NCBI RefSeq assembly: GCF_001194135.2
Contig: NC_068991.1
Coordinates: 24,783,744-24,847,743, forward strand
Origin: Octopus bimaculoides
Taxonomy: Eukaryota
Reading direction: 5' to 3'
Length of the DNA: 64,000 bases
Positions 38,401-50,854 of the stretch are shown piece after piece (within the stretch, counting starts at the first letter, position 1; every line of letters starts with the position of its first letter). A program made the translations under genes and the position numbers. The notes under the pieces are model-generated. The model made no database searches. It was not told the origin of the DNA and saw nothing but the letters and a program-made list of their open reading frames with translations.

Positions 38401-41400
38401 AAATGGTTTTGTTCTTTTTCTTACAGGGTAGATTCACTATTGCTGCCAAACATCATATTACTGTCGCTGAAATCTATGAGAATGAGTTGGCTGACATTGA
38501 GCAGGTTGGTTATTTTCTTTTTGGGAAGTTGCAGTATTTGGATTGTGTTGTATTCTACAGGGTGTCCACAAAGTCTGGGTACATAGGGATTAACACATAC
38601 TTTAAGAAATTATTATTTCTTACATCTAATTGTTTATGTTATGATTTTATTTACTCCATGTACCCACATGGGGATTAACACATACTTTAAAAACTTATTA
38701 TTTCTTATATTTAATTGATTATGTTATGATTTTATTTACTCTATGTACCCAGACTTTGTGGACACCCTGTAGAGTAAGACATTTATACACAACAGGGATG
38801 CTGTCAGTAAGGTGAGGGTTGGCAATGAGTATAGCGAAGGATTCAGAGTAGAAATAGGGGTTCACCAAGGATCAGTCCTTAGCCCCCTCTTGTTCATCAT
38901 TATCCTATAGGCAATTCAAGACAGGCTGCCCTTTTATGCCGATGACCTTGCTCTTATAGCTGAATCACTACCAGAACTAGAGAAGTTTCAGGTGTGGAAG
39001 CAAGGTCTAGAATAGAAGGGCTTTAAAGTTAATCTAGCAAAAACCAAAGTCTTAGTAAATAGGAAACCAAACAAATCACAATTCCATTCAGGTAGATGGC
39101 CTGGCTTGATCTGTAGAAAAGGCATAGGTACAAACTCCTTAAGATGTACCCGGTGTAAGCTATGGACACATAAGAGGTGCAGCAATATCAGAGGGAGGAT
39201 AATTTTGTGTGTGGAAAGTGCACAGGTACAATAAGCACCAAAAAAGTACAGAAAATAGATTCCATCACATGCCAGTGGGAAAACTAGAAGTAGTTGATAG
39301 CTTCTGTTACCAAGTCAGTAGCAGTGGTGGATGCTCTGAGAGCATAGCTGCTAGAATATCAATAAGCTGGGCAAAGTTCAGAGAGCTCCTACCTCTGCTG
39401 GTAACAAAGGGCCTCTTGCTCAGAGTGAAAGGCGCATTGTATGATACCTGTGTGCAAACAACCATGCTACATGACAATGAAACATGGGCTGTGACTGCTG
39501 AGGACATGAGTAGGCTTGTAAGAAATGAAGCTAGTATACTCCACTGAAGGTGTAATGTCAGTATGTATGCATGACTGAGTGTAAGAGTTGGACATAAGAA
39601 GCATCAGATGTGTGCAAGAGATACGACTGTGCTGGTATGGTCATATGATGAGTATGGATGAGGACAGCTGTGTGAAGAAGTGTCACACCCTAACGGTGTA
39701 AATATACACTTCCATGTGTACTTTTCCTTTTCTTATATCTATCTCAAAGTTTAGTACCAGTCATTCTTTGGTGTGGCTGGAATCAAATTATTACTGAAAT
39801 GAAGCACAAGGACTAATAATAATGGTTTCAAATTTTGGCTCATGGCCAGCAATTTCAGGAGAGGGATTAAGTCGATTTTATCGACCCCGAAAGGATGAAA
39901 GGCAAAGTCAACCTCAGCTAATAATAATAGAAATAGTACATAGGACATAGCTGAAGCACTGTTAAAAAACAGATTGAGAGGAATCCCTCATAACTGAAGA
40001 ATATATCCACAAGATGATAGAAACCTGTATGTGATGAGTTCATATAGAATAGGCCGTTGTACATTAGCTATTATATACAGCCTACTATCAGAACTAGGGT
40101 CTGAATCCATTCTGTTATTTTAGCTCCATGAAAATTCCAGTGATATATCAGCAAAAAGAATATTCTTATTGAAAAGTTGTTCAATGGCTTCATAATACTA
40201 GGTCCAACTTTGGAGAAACATTGACTTAATGTGATCTTAATTTAAAGATATTTTGTGTATTAGTTCATAGTATAATTTTGTTTTTTTATATAGGCTATTT
40301 CTCACTATGAACAAGCTGCTGACTATTATAAAGGAGAAGAATCCACAAGGTTTGTGACATTTCTTTTTTGGTTCTAATATTCTAATTTATATTTAAAACA
40401 ATTAAATGACACTTGTCGAGATTTACTGTGTGCTGAAATTTATTTGAATATTTCTTGTGTGGTGAAATTTATTTAGAATTTAAATAATAACAAATTCTTG
40501 TTATATGCCACAAAAGATCTACTTAATGGACAGCATTCCTTCATTCTTTTATGATGACAAAAAGAAAAAATAATATTTTATATGTGAAACAGAAACAAGT
40601 GTGATAAGGCATATAAATATTTGAATTTGCAAAGTTGCTAGAACTGTCCTGGAAATTGGAATATTGGGTAGATTTTGCAATGTTCAGAGTTCAGTTCTTG
40701 CTGAAGTTCACTTTACTTTTCATCCTTCAGAGTCTTGATTTATCCATAATATTCCTCTCTCTAATCACTTCACCTGCCGAGGCATAAGCAGCAAAGTTTA
40801 TAATAACATCAGCCAAGATAAATGGCTCAAAAGAGCTCAGTTCTATCTGAACTATTTTTGGAAAATTTACATAATAGTTTAGAAGCAACTTGTATCTATC
40901 TTGATATTAAATGTAAACATGTAGAATTTTCTTCTCTTTTGCTTAGTGAACACGAAAAATTGAATTTGTAGATCTAGCCATCATTTGAAACAAAGCAACG
41001 AGACATAAACTTTTTATTATTTGATTTAAATTACTATTCTTTTATTACAGTGCAGCTAATAAATGCTTCCTGAAAGTAGCCCAATACTCAGCACAGCTAG
41101 AGCAGTACCAAAAAGCAATTGATATTTATGAAGAGGTAGGGTACCTGCTTATTTGTTTATGCTGTAGGGGACCTGCTTATTTGTTTATGCTATAGGGGAC
41201 CTGCTTATTTGTTTATGCTGTGATAAATTGACAAATTTTCTAAAACTAGACATTTGTAACCATATGTGTGTGTGTGTGTGTGATATTATCATTATTATCA
41301 TTTAATATCCACTTTTCCATTGTCGTATGGGTTGGAATGGAATTTGATGAGGCAGATTTTATATGGCCAGATGCCCTTCTTGTTGCCAACCCTTACCTGT

Positions 41401-43419
41401 TTCCAAGTAAGGTAATTTTTCCTGGTGACCAGACATGTCTTAGAAGATTGGAAACAAAGGATACTGCTTGCATGACGATGACACTTGCTTACAACTATCA
41501 TGTGATATGAAGGCAGGGAGACAGTAATACAGGTACACACACACACACACAATGATGGGCTTCTTTCAGTTTCCGTCTTCCAAATCCATTTGCAATGCTT
41601 TGGTTGACCTAGTGCTATTGTAGGAAACACTTGCCCAAAGACCAAGATGCTACGCAGTGGGACTGAACCTGAAATTATGTAATTAGGAAACAAAACGTAT
41701 TAGCACACAGCCACAAAACAAAATAAAACTAGTTAAACATAAAATGTTTGTGTAATTGTAGTAATGTCTTTTTTTTTTTTGTTGTTAAATTTACATACAT
41801 GAATATGCTCAACTACATACAGCTTGTGTATGCATTAGCCAAAGAAAAAATGTTGAAAACATTTGCACACATTTCTTTATGGAAAAAAGATCGTTACAAT
41901 CAAACTGTTAGCAAAAATGCTTCAATTTTTTTCTTCAAATTTTAGGTTGCTGCTGCTTCAATGGAGAATTCCTTACTGAAATACAGTGCTAAAGATCATT
42001 TCTTTCGAGCTGCTCTCTGTCACATGTGTAATGATATTGTTAATGCTAAACTGGTGATTCCAAAATACGAGGAGATGTTCCCTGCATTCTCTGACTCAAG
42101 GGAGTGTAACTTATTAAAGGTAAGTCATCATTATTTTACACACATTATTTTACTCTCTTCTAGTGATATAGTCTTTGACAGAGCTATCCTCCTATCATAG
42201 TTTGAAACAAGCCAGTTTTAGTCTTGAACCTGATGTAATACATTGCCAAAAAACCAAGTTCATGCATGAAGATCATGGGAAATTGAAGTAGATCAATAGT
42301 TCAAGTTATTATGATTGGGTGTCCTATTGCTCCTTGCTGAAGACAGAAAGATGCAATTTCTTTGACAATACCAGATGTTTTAGACCACAGAATAATTTCT
42401 GGTAAAGAAGAGCCTGGAAGTTGGGTTTTCTTGTCCTTGTAACTGAATGTGGGTTCTTTTAGGGATAGTGTTTTGATTCTTATTTTCAATGTTAATAACA
42501 ATGTTTGACATGTTCTATAAGCACCCACCCACCCATATACAAAAGCAGTTTGTTGTATGTGGGTGGGAATGTTTCTTTGGAAGTTGTTCAAGTTGCTGTG
42601 TATGTGATATTCTTAATTATATGGATATGATCTTGTTCAAAATTGCTTCAGATTTTGTTGTTTTTAATGATTTTAAAATCCAAAATTTAGTTAAACTACA
42701 AAGTATTGATCTTTTTACATATACCCTGTATTTTATGTATTCACACATATATTCTTTACATTCCAAAATGGAGAGAGCTTTATGATAGTCAAAATTCAGT
42801 TCTGAATTTAATTCCTATTCATTACAATTTCAACCTTTGTTGCTTTGGAGTCAGTAAATTACCATAATCAAATTAATCAAATATAAACATCTCTCTGTCA
42901 CTAACATTGGCTGAAGTTTTCAAGAGTTATTTCTTTTAGCTTCAGTTCAACTGTTATCAAACAGACTTACAATCAATAACATTCTTTCTTATTGGAGCTA
43001 TGTAGAAATATATTCTTTAATGTTTCCTCTCCTTATTAAGATGCTAAGGTGTCTTTTAAAGGAGAACTTGTTATGGCGTTAGGAAGGGCATCCAGCTGTA
43101 GAAACTCTGCCAAATCAGACTGGAGCCTGGTGTTGCCATCCGGTTTCACCAGTCCTCAGTCAAATCGTCCAACCCATGCTAGCATGGAAAGCGGACGTTA
43201 AACGATGATGATGATGATGATGATGAAAGTACAGGCACTGATTAAGGTGCACAATACTTGCAAATTGAATCTGTCAGTTGGTTTTCCAGTGACTGCTTGA
43301 ATTGTGTTGCTTCATTCATTTTACAAATAACTTTGGGGTAGCATAATATTATATGCTCATATTCTCTAAAAAAAATCTGTCTTCATGCTTTTGATAGGAG
43401 AAGAAATGCATAACTAGTA

Positions 43420-43455
<36 letters not shown>

Positions 43456-43642
43456 TGTATTTGTTTATTTACATCTCTCACATTTTCATTTACAGACTGT
43501 TTTGGATTCAATGGACAACATTGAGGCATTCACTAAAGCTGTTAGTGACTACGATTCCATATCTCGGCTAGACCAATGGCTGACGATGATTTTCTTGAGA
43601 ATCAAGAATAAAATCACAGAAGAGGAGGAGAACATTTGTTAA
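25470..43642 (+). CDS. NAPA: Alpha-soluble NSF attachment protein (alpha-SNAP), 9 coding exons, 882 nt, 293 aa
   Basis: join(25470-25567,34667-34746,35628-35744,36293-36339,38427-38504,40294-40349,41051-41135,41946-42119,43496-43642). All introns are GT-AG and phases are consistent. The protein [58 protein letters not shown]...[10 protein letters not shown]...[13 protein letters not shown]...SRLDQWLT...EEEENIC aligns end to end with recalled alpha-SNAP. Confidence 0.96.
28067..28990 (-). mobile_element. Young RTE LINE 3' part with (GAT)n tail, NAPA intron 1 (gap inside)
   Basis: Open frame [30 protein letters not shown]...[12 protein letters not shown]...[13 protein letters not shown], plus an RTE 3'UTR and tail. 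Confidence 0.92.
32620..33175 (-). mobile_element. Older RTE LINE 3' fragment
   Basis: [27 protein letters not shown] plus a degenerate 3'UTR and (GAT)n tail. Confidence 0.75.
33348..33560 (+). mobile_element. tRNA-headed SINE (third family); truncated copies at 32079-32310 and 33170-33300
   Basis: GAGCTGTTTAGCTTAATG...GGTTCAAGTCC head followed by the body TCTTATAAGGGTAAATACCCAAT, which recurs nearby. Confidence 0.65.
33769..34829 (+). repeat. Left arm of ~1.06 kb inverted duplication (end of NAPA intron 1, exon 2, start of intron 2)
   Basis: Reverse complement of 36662-37725. Both arms carry an N-gap at the homologous position. Confidence 0.95.
34667..34746 (+). CDS. NAPA: NAPA exon 2 (80 nt)
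   Basis: tttcag|[28 protein letters not shown]|gtaagt. Confidence 0.96.
35628..35744 (+). CDS. NAPA: NAPA exon 3 (117 nt)
   Basis: tatag|[41 protein letters not shown]|gtaaga. Confidence 0.96.
36293..36339 (+). CDS. NAPA: NAPA exon 4 (47 nt)
   Basis: tgcag|[17 protein letters not shown]|gtgagt. Confidence 0.95.
36662..37725 (-). repeat. Right arm of the inverted duplication, in NAPA intron 4
   Basis: Matches 33769-34829 in reverse. The boundaries (TATAGGCAATTCTAGA outer, GATAGAAATT inner) lie inside contigs, not at gaps. Confidence 0.95.
36745..36824 (-). pseudogene. Antisense duplicate of NAPA exon 2 (pseudo-exon)
   Basis: 80/80 nt identical to the reverse complement of 34667-34746, with intact flanking AG acceptor and GTAAGT donor on the minus strand. 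Confidence 0.95.
38427..38504 (+). CDS. NAPA: NAPA exon 5 (78 nt)
   Basis: tacag|[26 protein letters not shown]|gttggt. Confidence 0.96.
38558..38769. mobile_element. Tc1/mariner-type MITE with internal tandem duplication
   Basis: TA|CAGGGTGTCCACAAAGTCTGGGTACATAG ... CTATGTACCCAGACTTTGTGGACACCCTG|TA with TA target-site duplication. Confidence 0.9.
38790..39698 (+). mobile_element. RTE LINE RT fragment in NAPA intron 5
   Basis: [64 protein letters not shown]. Confidence 0.9.
40294..40349 (+). CDS. NAPA: NAPA exon 6 (56 nt)
   Basis: tatag|[20 protein letters not shown]|gtttgt. Confidence 0.96.
41051..41135 (+). CDS. NAPA: NAPA exon 7 (85 nt)
   Basis: tacag|[29 protein letters not shown]|gtaggg. 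Confidence 0.96.
41136..41219 (+). repeat. 28-bp tandem triplication starting at the NAPA exon 7 donor
   Basis: GTAGGGTACCTGCTTATTTGTTTATGCT / GTAGGGGACC... / ATAGGGGACC... Confidence 0.95.
41946..42119 (+). CDS. NAPA: NAPA exon 8 (174 nt)
   Basis: tttag|[58 protein letters not shown]|gtaagt. Confidence 0.96.
43074..43226 (+). mobile_element. 5'-truncated RTE 3' tail in NAPA intron 8
   Basis: 150 bp identical to the reverse complement of 28067-28216, ending in (GAT)7. Confidence 0.9.
43496..43642 (+). CDS. NAPA: NAPA exon 9 (terminal, 147 nt coding incl. TAA)
   Basis: tacag|[48 protein letters not shown]. Confidence 0.95.
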   Translation, partial: TVLDSMDNIEAFTKAVSDYDSISRLDQWLTMIFLRIKNKITEEEENIC

Positions 43643-43936
43643 AACTTCTAGGATGTTTTCCTTGTTGACTGTTAGTTTTTAACCCTCTTCCTTATTACCT
43701 CTTTTTTTCAACAAACACATTCTCTTCCTCTCCCATCATTTCTTTAATTTTAGGGTAGGAATTAGTTACACTATCCTAAGCACCCCCTCTCCCTTATGCA
43801 ATTAAACTATTACAGAGAAGTTTGTTATCAGTATACCCCTTTCACTGTATTCTGTAAGATTAGGCTACTAGTAATCCTTTGAGATCCTACTTTCTAATCT
43901 AATCCTTGTTACTTGATGCTATTTTTAAAATCTCTT

Positions 43937-43983
<47 letters not shown>

Positions 43984-44352
43984 AAGATATTTCAATCAGC
44001 ACAAAAAGAGTCCAGAATTGATATTTATCAGTAAAAAGTTTAGAAACTACAGTTTTGTGATTCTGATTCTGGATAGCTAGGGTGATCAGATGAACTAAAT
44101 AAAATGTATATCTGGTATCCAGCTAACATTGTTAAGGATGCTGAACAAACTGGACATTTGATTAAGCAATGGATGCCTTGTGCTTGAATTTTCTAGCTTG
44201 ATTTGTTTGAGATGAGTTCAGGAAAACAAATGCAATTGATTAGCTATCCATGGGGTGTCTTCCTCTTGTTTATAATGCTATGGAATCTGGGGTAACCCCA
44301 AGCTCGAAGCCTGCATNNNNNNNNNNNNNNNNNNNNNNNNNNNNNNNNNNNN

Positions 44353-44387
<35 letters not shown>

Positions 44388-45571
44388 ATCTATATATGTG
44401 TATACACACATACAAAGTATTCCTGCCCTTTTAGGTCACAGGTTAATCACTGCTAGGATACCTAACTTCTACTTGAATTGTATTTGTACTGTGAATTAAT
44501 TTTTTTGCTTTTTTCATCATTATATTAATAATGTAAAGATTGAATGGAAATACTCAATGTGACCTAACATTTGTTTCCTTCTTTGTTTCCCATCCATTGT
44601 TTCCAAAGGGAAAGCTGAGAAAGCTATGAATACCCACAAACTGTTACCTAGTTTAACACAGCCAGTTGGCCTCTGTATGTCTTTAGTGGAATACACTCTG
44701 TCACAAGTATTTAAGCCAGGTTTCCACTTTGAGAATACCTAGCTCTTCCTTCCCTCCAGTCTTGGAGGCTCTGGAAAAGATCATACATATTTCCCTTTCT
44801 CTTGACTAAGCACTGAAAACAAAATTATCCCCCACTCAGTCCCAGAAATAATCCTAACTTGAGTGTTGAGAAATGATGGTGGTTAAAGTGATAGAAGTGG
44901 TGAATCAGTTCTGGGGAGGGGGCTGAATCTTTCTCCCACTAACCCCACAGTTCAGGATAGAGAAATTAAGATCAAGGAAGATAACTTAAGTATTTGACAA
45001 TGTTTTTTTGTGTGTGTGTGTATGTGTGGTTAGCCGTGTGAGTTTATGAATTTCCTTCCCATACCTCTTATTTCTGTGAACAGTTTGTTTGATATAAAAG
45101 AAAATCTGTATCTTTTGTCAACCAAATTTCTCCATTCTTCTGAAGAATCATTCCTCTATATTTAATTCATTGAGTTATCTATTATTTCTTTTTTTAATTT
45201 TAAATTTACTTTTTTGCATCCAGTGTTTCTATGGCTTTTCTTTGAATAAAACATGGAAACTGCTTTTAGCATTGTATTAGATAAGCCTACATTGACACTG
45301 GGATTTTGTTTTTATTGTATTGTTTTTTTTTCTGTCTCAGTGTGCTCATCTGCAATTAGCATGCATGAGTATGTGTGCATGGTTAGTGTGCATATTAATG
45401 CAGATTTATATTTGCCTTGCAAACAAGCTAGCAATGGATGCATAGCTCTGTGCTGGATCACATTGGAAAAATGGAGAAGGTTTCTGGTACCATCATAAAA
45501 CAAGACCTTCATAGCAATGAGACAAGGCTTATTTTGGAGCTTCATGTCTTTGCTTAATTCGACTCATAGTG

Positions 45572-45624
<53 letters not shown>

Positions 45625-45732
45625 CACACACACCATGCAATAATGTACACTACATGAAACACGACCGTCTCTTATGACTTTGATGTTTATAATGTTGCCT
45701 GTTGGCTAACATACCCTTCAAAGGCTGAGCTT

Positions 45733-46989
45733 TTGAATATTGGTTATATATATATATATATAGATATGCATGTATATTTATCTGTGTGTACGTATATATG
45801 CATGTATATTTATGTGTATATATATGCATCTGTATTTATATATATATATATATATATGCATCTATGTGCATATATGCATCTATGTATATATATATATTGT
45901 ATGTATGTAAATATATATGCATGTATATATTTATATATTGTATGTGTGTATGTAAATATATGTATATATTTATATAGTGTATGTGTATGTAAATATATCT
46001 GTATGTATATATTTATACATTGTATGCAAATATATATGTATGTATATATTTATATATTGTGTGTATGTAAATATATGTATATATTTATATATTGTATGTG
46101 TGTATGTATATATGTATATATATGTGTGTGTGTATGTATTTATGTATATGTAAGTATGTGTTTGCGTGTGTATGTATATATATATATATATATATATATN
46201 NNNNNNNNNNNNNNNNNNNNNNNNNNNNNNNNNNNNNNNNNNNNNNNNNNNNNNNNNNNNNNNNNNNNNNNNNNNNNNNNNNNNNNNNNNNNNNNNNNNN
46301 NNNNNNNNNNNNNNNNNNNNNNNNNNNNNNNNNNNNNNNNNNNNNNNNNNNNNNNNNNNNNNNNNNNNNNNNNNNNNNNNNNNNNNNNNNNNNNNNNNNN
46401 NNNNNNNNNNNNNNNNNNNNNNNNNNNNNNNNNNNNNNNNNNNNNNNNNNNNNNNNNNNNNNNNNNNNNNNNNNNNNNNNNNNNNNNNNNNNNNNNNNNN
46501 NNNNNNNNNNNNNNNNNNNNNNNNNNNNNNNNNNNNNNNNNNNNNNNNNNNNNNNNNNNNNNNNNNNNNNNNNNNNNNNNNNNNNNNNNNNNNNNNNNNN
46601 NNNNNNNNNNNNNNNNNNNNNNNNNNNNNNNNNNNNNNNNNNNNNNNNNNNNNNNNNNNNNNNNNNNNNNNNNNNNNNNNNNNNNNNNNNNNNNNNNNNN
46701 NNNNNNNNNNNNNNNNNNNNNNNNNNNNNNNNNNNNNNNNNNNNNNNNNNNNNNNNNNNNNNNNNNNNNNNNNNNNNNNNNNNNNNNNNNNNNNNNNNNN
46801 NNNNNNNNNNNNNNNNNNNNNNNNNNNNNNNNNNNNNNNNNNNNNNNNNNNNNNNNNNNNNNNNNNNNNNNNNNNNNNNNNNNNNNNNNNNNNNNNNNNN
46901 NNNNNNNNNNNNNNNNNNNNNNNNNNNNNNNNNNNNTGTGTGTGTATATATATATATATGTATGTATATATGAGTGTATGTATATAATA

Positions 46990-47028
<39 letters not shown>

Positions 47029-47160
47029 GAGTGTATGTATATAATATATTTATATATATATGTATGTATATATGAGTGTATGTATATAATATATTTATAT
47101 ATATGTGTATGTATATAATATATTTATATATATATATATATAATGTGTGTGTGTATGTAT
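45733..47160. repeat. Complex (TA)n/(TATG)n microsatellite-minisatellite block with gap
   Basis: Near-pure TA/TG content, with a higher-order unit TATATGAGTGTATGTATATAATATATTTATATATA repeated at 46960-47140. Confidence 0.9.
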
Positions 47161-48629
47161 ACACACACATTTTGGCCCATAGATTTTCAGAAATTAGTGA
47201 GCAATCCATGTGAGAACTCTGTATTTTTTGTGTGTGTGTCTGTTTAGATTCAACTGAATTCACGGTTATATTGATGATCTGCGAATATAATTTTCCAGTC
47301 TATTTTTGCACCTATTTAGAATCTATGTTGTATTATTTTATCTTTTTCTCTACTAATTCTTTGTCATATTCTCAGTTAATGACTATATGAAATGGGCCAC
47401 TGTAATTTTCTGTGAATAAATATGTTGTTTTAGTATATGTTCAACCTGAAAAATATCATTTTAGTGAATTTGATAATATGAGAAAAATTTCTTTTCATTT
47501 GGTACAAAGTCATTGTTTTTATGTGGTAGGGGTATTGCTAATTAAATTAACTTTAGTTTATTCATGGTATGTATTTTATCAGATCAAACATTTATAAAAG
47601 ATGAAGTTGGTCTTGGCAGTTTTTGATCTCAGGAAGTACAATAACAAAATATAATACTGAGAAGTGTTTAATCCAGTACTCTACCATTGTTGCTCATTCT
47701 TCCCTTAAATTGAAATCTTCTGGAATTATATCCAGGACCATTGGAAGAAATAGTTTGCTTACTTATTGTTTAGTTTTTACTTAGTCTGAATATGCTATTG
47801 TTGACTAACTAAAATACTTGATCATATTCATACAGTCCATAAGACTGAATGCTGGTCATTTGTCAATAGTATCCACTGCTTTTTGTCATACATATATTTA
47901 GCTGTCACTGCCAGATGTTATCTGTCACATGCTAAGAATTTAGGACAGTGATTTTAATCCCATTAAAATTCCATATGAACGTGTGGTCAAGTTGTATGAT
48001 TATGTGTTGGATGATTATATCATCATCATTTTAGCATCCGCTTTTCCATGCTTGCATGAGTCAAATTGAAATTTGTTGGGACAAATTTTCTATTGCCAGA
48101 TGCACTTCCTTTGGTAATCCACTCCTGTTTCCAAGTGCTCTAGCCAGTCAAACATGAACAGCACAAAGGTTGAACACGTTTTCATGGAAGATTACAGACA
48201 AATGACACTGCTTGTATAATGGCCACTTTCATTTAAAATTAGCACATGACGTGATAAGGAGAGACACACACACACACACACAGAGGAATCCTCTGTATTA
48301 TGAAAGTAATGTGTTCCTGAAACACCTGACATATCACAAAATCAATAATACAAGCTTTAGTTTCCCATTGATTTCCATATAAAGTGATAATGCTTTCTGA
48401 CGGAATTTTTATGAAAATAAAACAAAAACCAACATGATCACTTTTATGCATGAAAATAACAGTCATAGTACAATATGTATATATAAAAAACACTTGAAGA
48501 GAAATATGTTAGGGAATAAATAATAATTGTAATATTATTATAGGGTATGTTCTTACCACAAAAGTTGTTGATATGTTGACTAGTGTGTGAGGGATGGTGG
48601 TGGGACAAGAGATAATGAGAGGATGAGGG

Positions 48630-49060
48630 ACATTATTTTCTATGCCATAAAGTTATCAACATCTACTTGAGAGGCAAAGGAGTTATCCAAAATTGTTTGG
48701 TGTTTATGGCACATGATTTCTTTGTATAACTTGATGTAAGAATGGAGTTCTTTGTAAACTCTGCTTGTAATTTTTAGGTTACATACACAAATAGGGTTGT
48801 TGGCAAAAATTTGCAGACTTTCCTCTCTAAGTGCCAACCCTTTACTAATATTCCTTGCAGTCAATTTAAGTGGATTTGGTGGAATTTCTGTATTCTCAGC
48901 TTTCTCTTGTTCTTACACTATCAGCTCTTCATTATATAAACTTTCTATGTTGGACACAAGCAATTCAACCATATCAACGTCTATAACTTCTTCAAACCTT
49001 ACATTATTTACAAGTGTCACAATATCTTTCCAAATTTGATGTAGACTTTTTGCTTGTGGA
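48630..49060 (-). mobile_element. pogo/Tigger transposase C-terminal remnant
   Basis: Minus-strand IWKDIVTLVNNVRFEEVIDVDMVELLVSNIESLYNEEL...LTARNISKGLAL...YIKLYKE resembles the Tigger1/TIGD1 C-terminus. Confidence 0.6.
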
Positions 49061-50854
49061 AAACTTGTAAAGTCATAGTTACAGTCTGGTCATATATTTT
49101 TTCACATACTCACACATATGCATATGACAAACTTCTTTCAGTTTCTGCCTAACAAATCCACTCAAGGCTTCAGCTGGCTTTGGGTTATAGAAGATATTAC
49201 CCAAAGTGGCTACACTGTAGGACTGAACCATTTTGTAGGGAAGTAAGCTTCTTAGCCATGCAGCTATGCTTGCACCTAAGCACGAGATTTTAAAATCAAG
49301 GTAGGAAATATGATGTAGTAATTTCTAACATGGGTATAAAGCCACAATTCTGGAGGACAGATCAGTTAAAACATCAACCAAAGTACTTTACTACTACTTT
49401 ATTTTACCATTTTGTAGAAGGAAGAAAGTCAAATGTAATCTCAAGGGAAACAAAATGGGAGCGTGTGTGGGGGTGAGCACATATTTTGTCAGACAAATGA
49501 TTCTGCCAATCCTTTTTTTATTTAAATATGACAATAATAATTATAATAATAATAGTTGGGTTTTAAAGGAAAGAAACAGTATTTTAAGTAATGATGATGA
49601 ATATGATAAAAAAAGATTTGTTAATAATGATGCTTGCTAACAATAGTGATAATGATGATGGTTGTGAGAATTGATAATGATTGAAATAATGATTAAATTG
49701 ATAATGACTGTATCCTAACATGGTCACACTCTAGCTGAAACAAGCAAAAGTAAAAAAAAACTATAAATGATTACAAGGTAAAATAATTTTTCATCCACTC
49801 AATTTCACTTATTCTTTGTCCCTTCACCCACCTCAATAAATCTGTAGAAATTCTTTCCCTTTAGAAGTGAACTGTCCAAGTATATAATAATACTGCACCA
49901 TGCTAACTTCTCCCTCATTGTGGATCCCAATTAACAAAGCTGTCTAGCTTTCAACTGAAGATAAAAATGATTGCCCAAATATTAACAGCTGTATCGTTAT
50001 TTATAACAAAAGATTTGTGTCACAGTTTAGTATTCCTTTTTCTTCCTCTCTCTCCTAACCTATTTAGTTTTATCACATACTATCTTGTATTAACACACAT
50101 TTGTTCTTTCTCATATATCCACTCTCTAACCCACAACCGATTCTCTCTTTATTTTTTTCTCCCACTTTATTTTATTTTCTGCATTGCATTCTTTTTGTTT
50201 ATTTACTCACTCTTTATTTTCTCCCTAATTTTGCATCTACTCTCTTTCTTCTCCATCTGAATAATTTTGCCCTTCCAGCACTCCCCCCCCCTTTATTCTT
50301 TGTTATGCTATCAGACCTACAATAGTTGAGAAGTTTGGTGCTATCAACATTATGTAATCTACACTCAAAAAAATATTCCTGTCAAATGTTGAAAACTTAT
50401 GTGGAAACAAACTCAGGGAAGGGAGTTATTAACATACTTGTTCTGTGCTCTCGAAAAAGTATCTCTGCAAAATTTTATTAAAATATTCAAGCCTATTGCA
50501 AACAAAATGATATTAGCAGCTGATTAACAGAAGTCAAAGTGAAGTCCTAAACTTAAAGATCAGCCAATTCCCTTCAAGATTACTGTATACAGAAAAACTA
50601 AAACGACAGGACAGTTTGCAAGGTTGTTTTGAAAACTTTTTCTATCACAATGTGAACTCAAATATCAAATGTCAGGCATACTTTGCTATCCTATCCATCT
50701 TTAGTTACCTTATAATATCCAACAAGTTAAACTATACTGACAGATCGTTGACCAACTCCAAGGGAAATAAATTGAAGAACAGTAATTTACTAAAATTTAT
50801 TTTTCTCAGAAAATCATAATCAATGAACAGCTGGTAAACAATAAATAAAATTTA

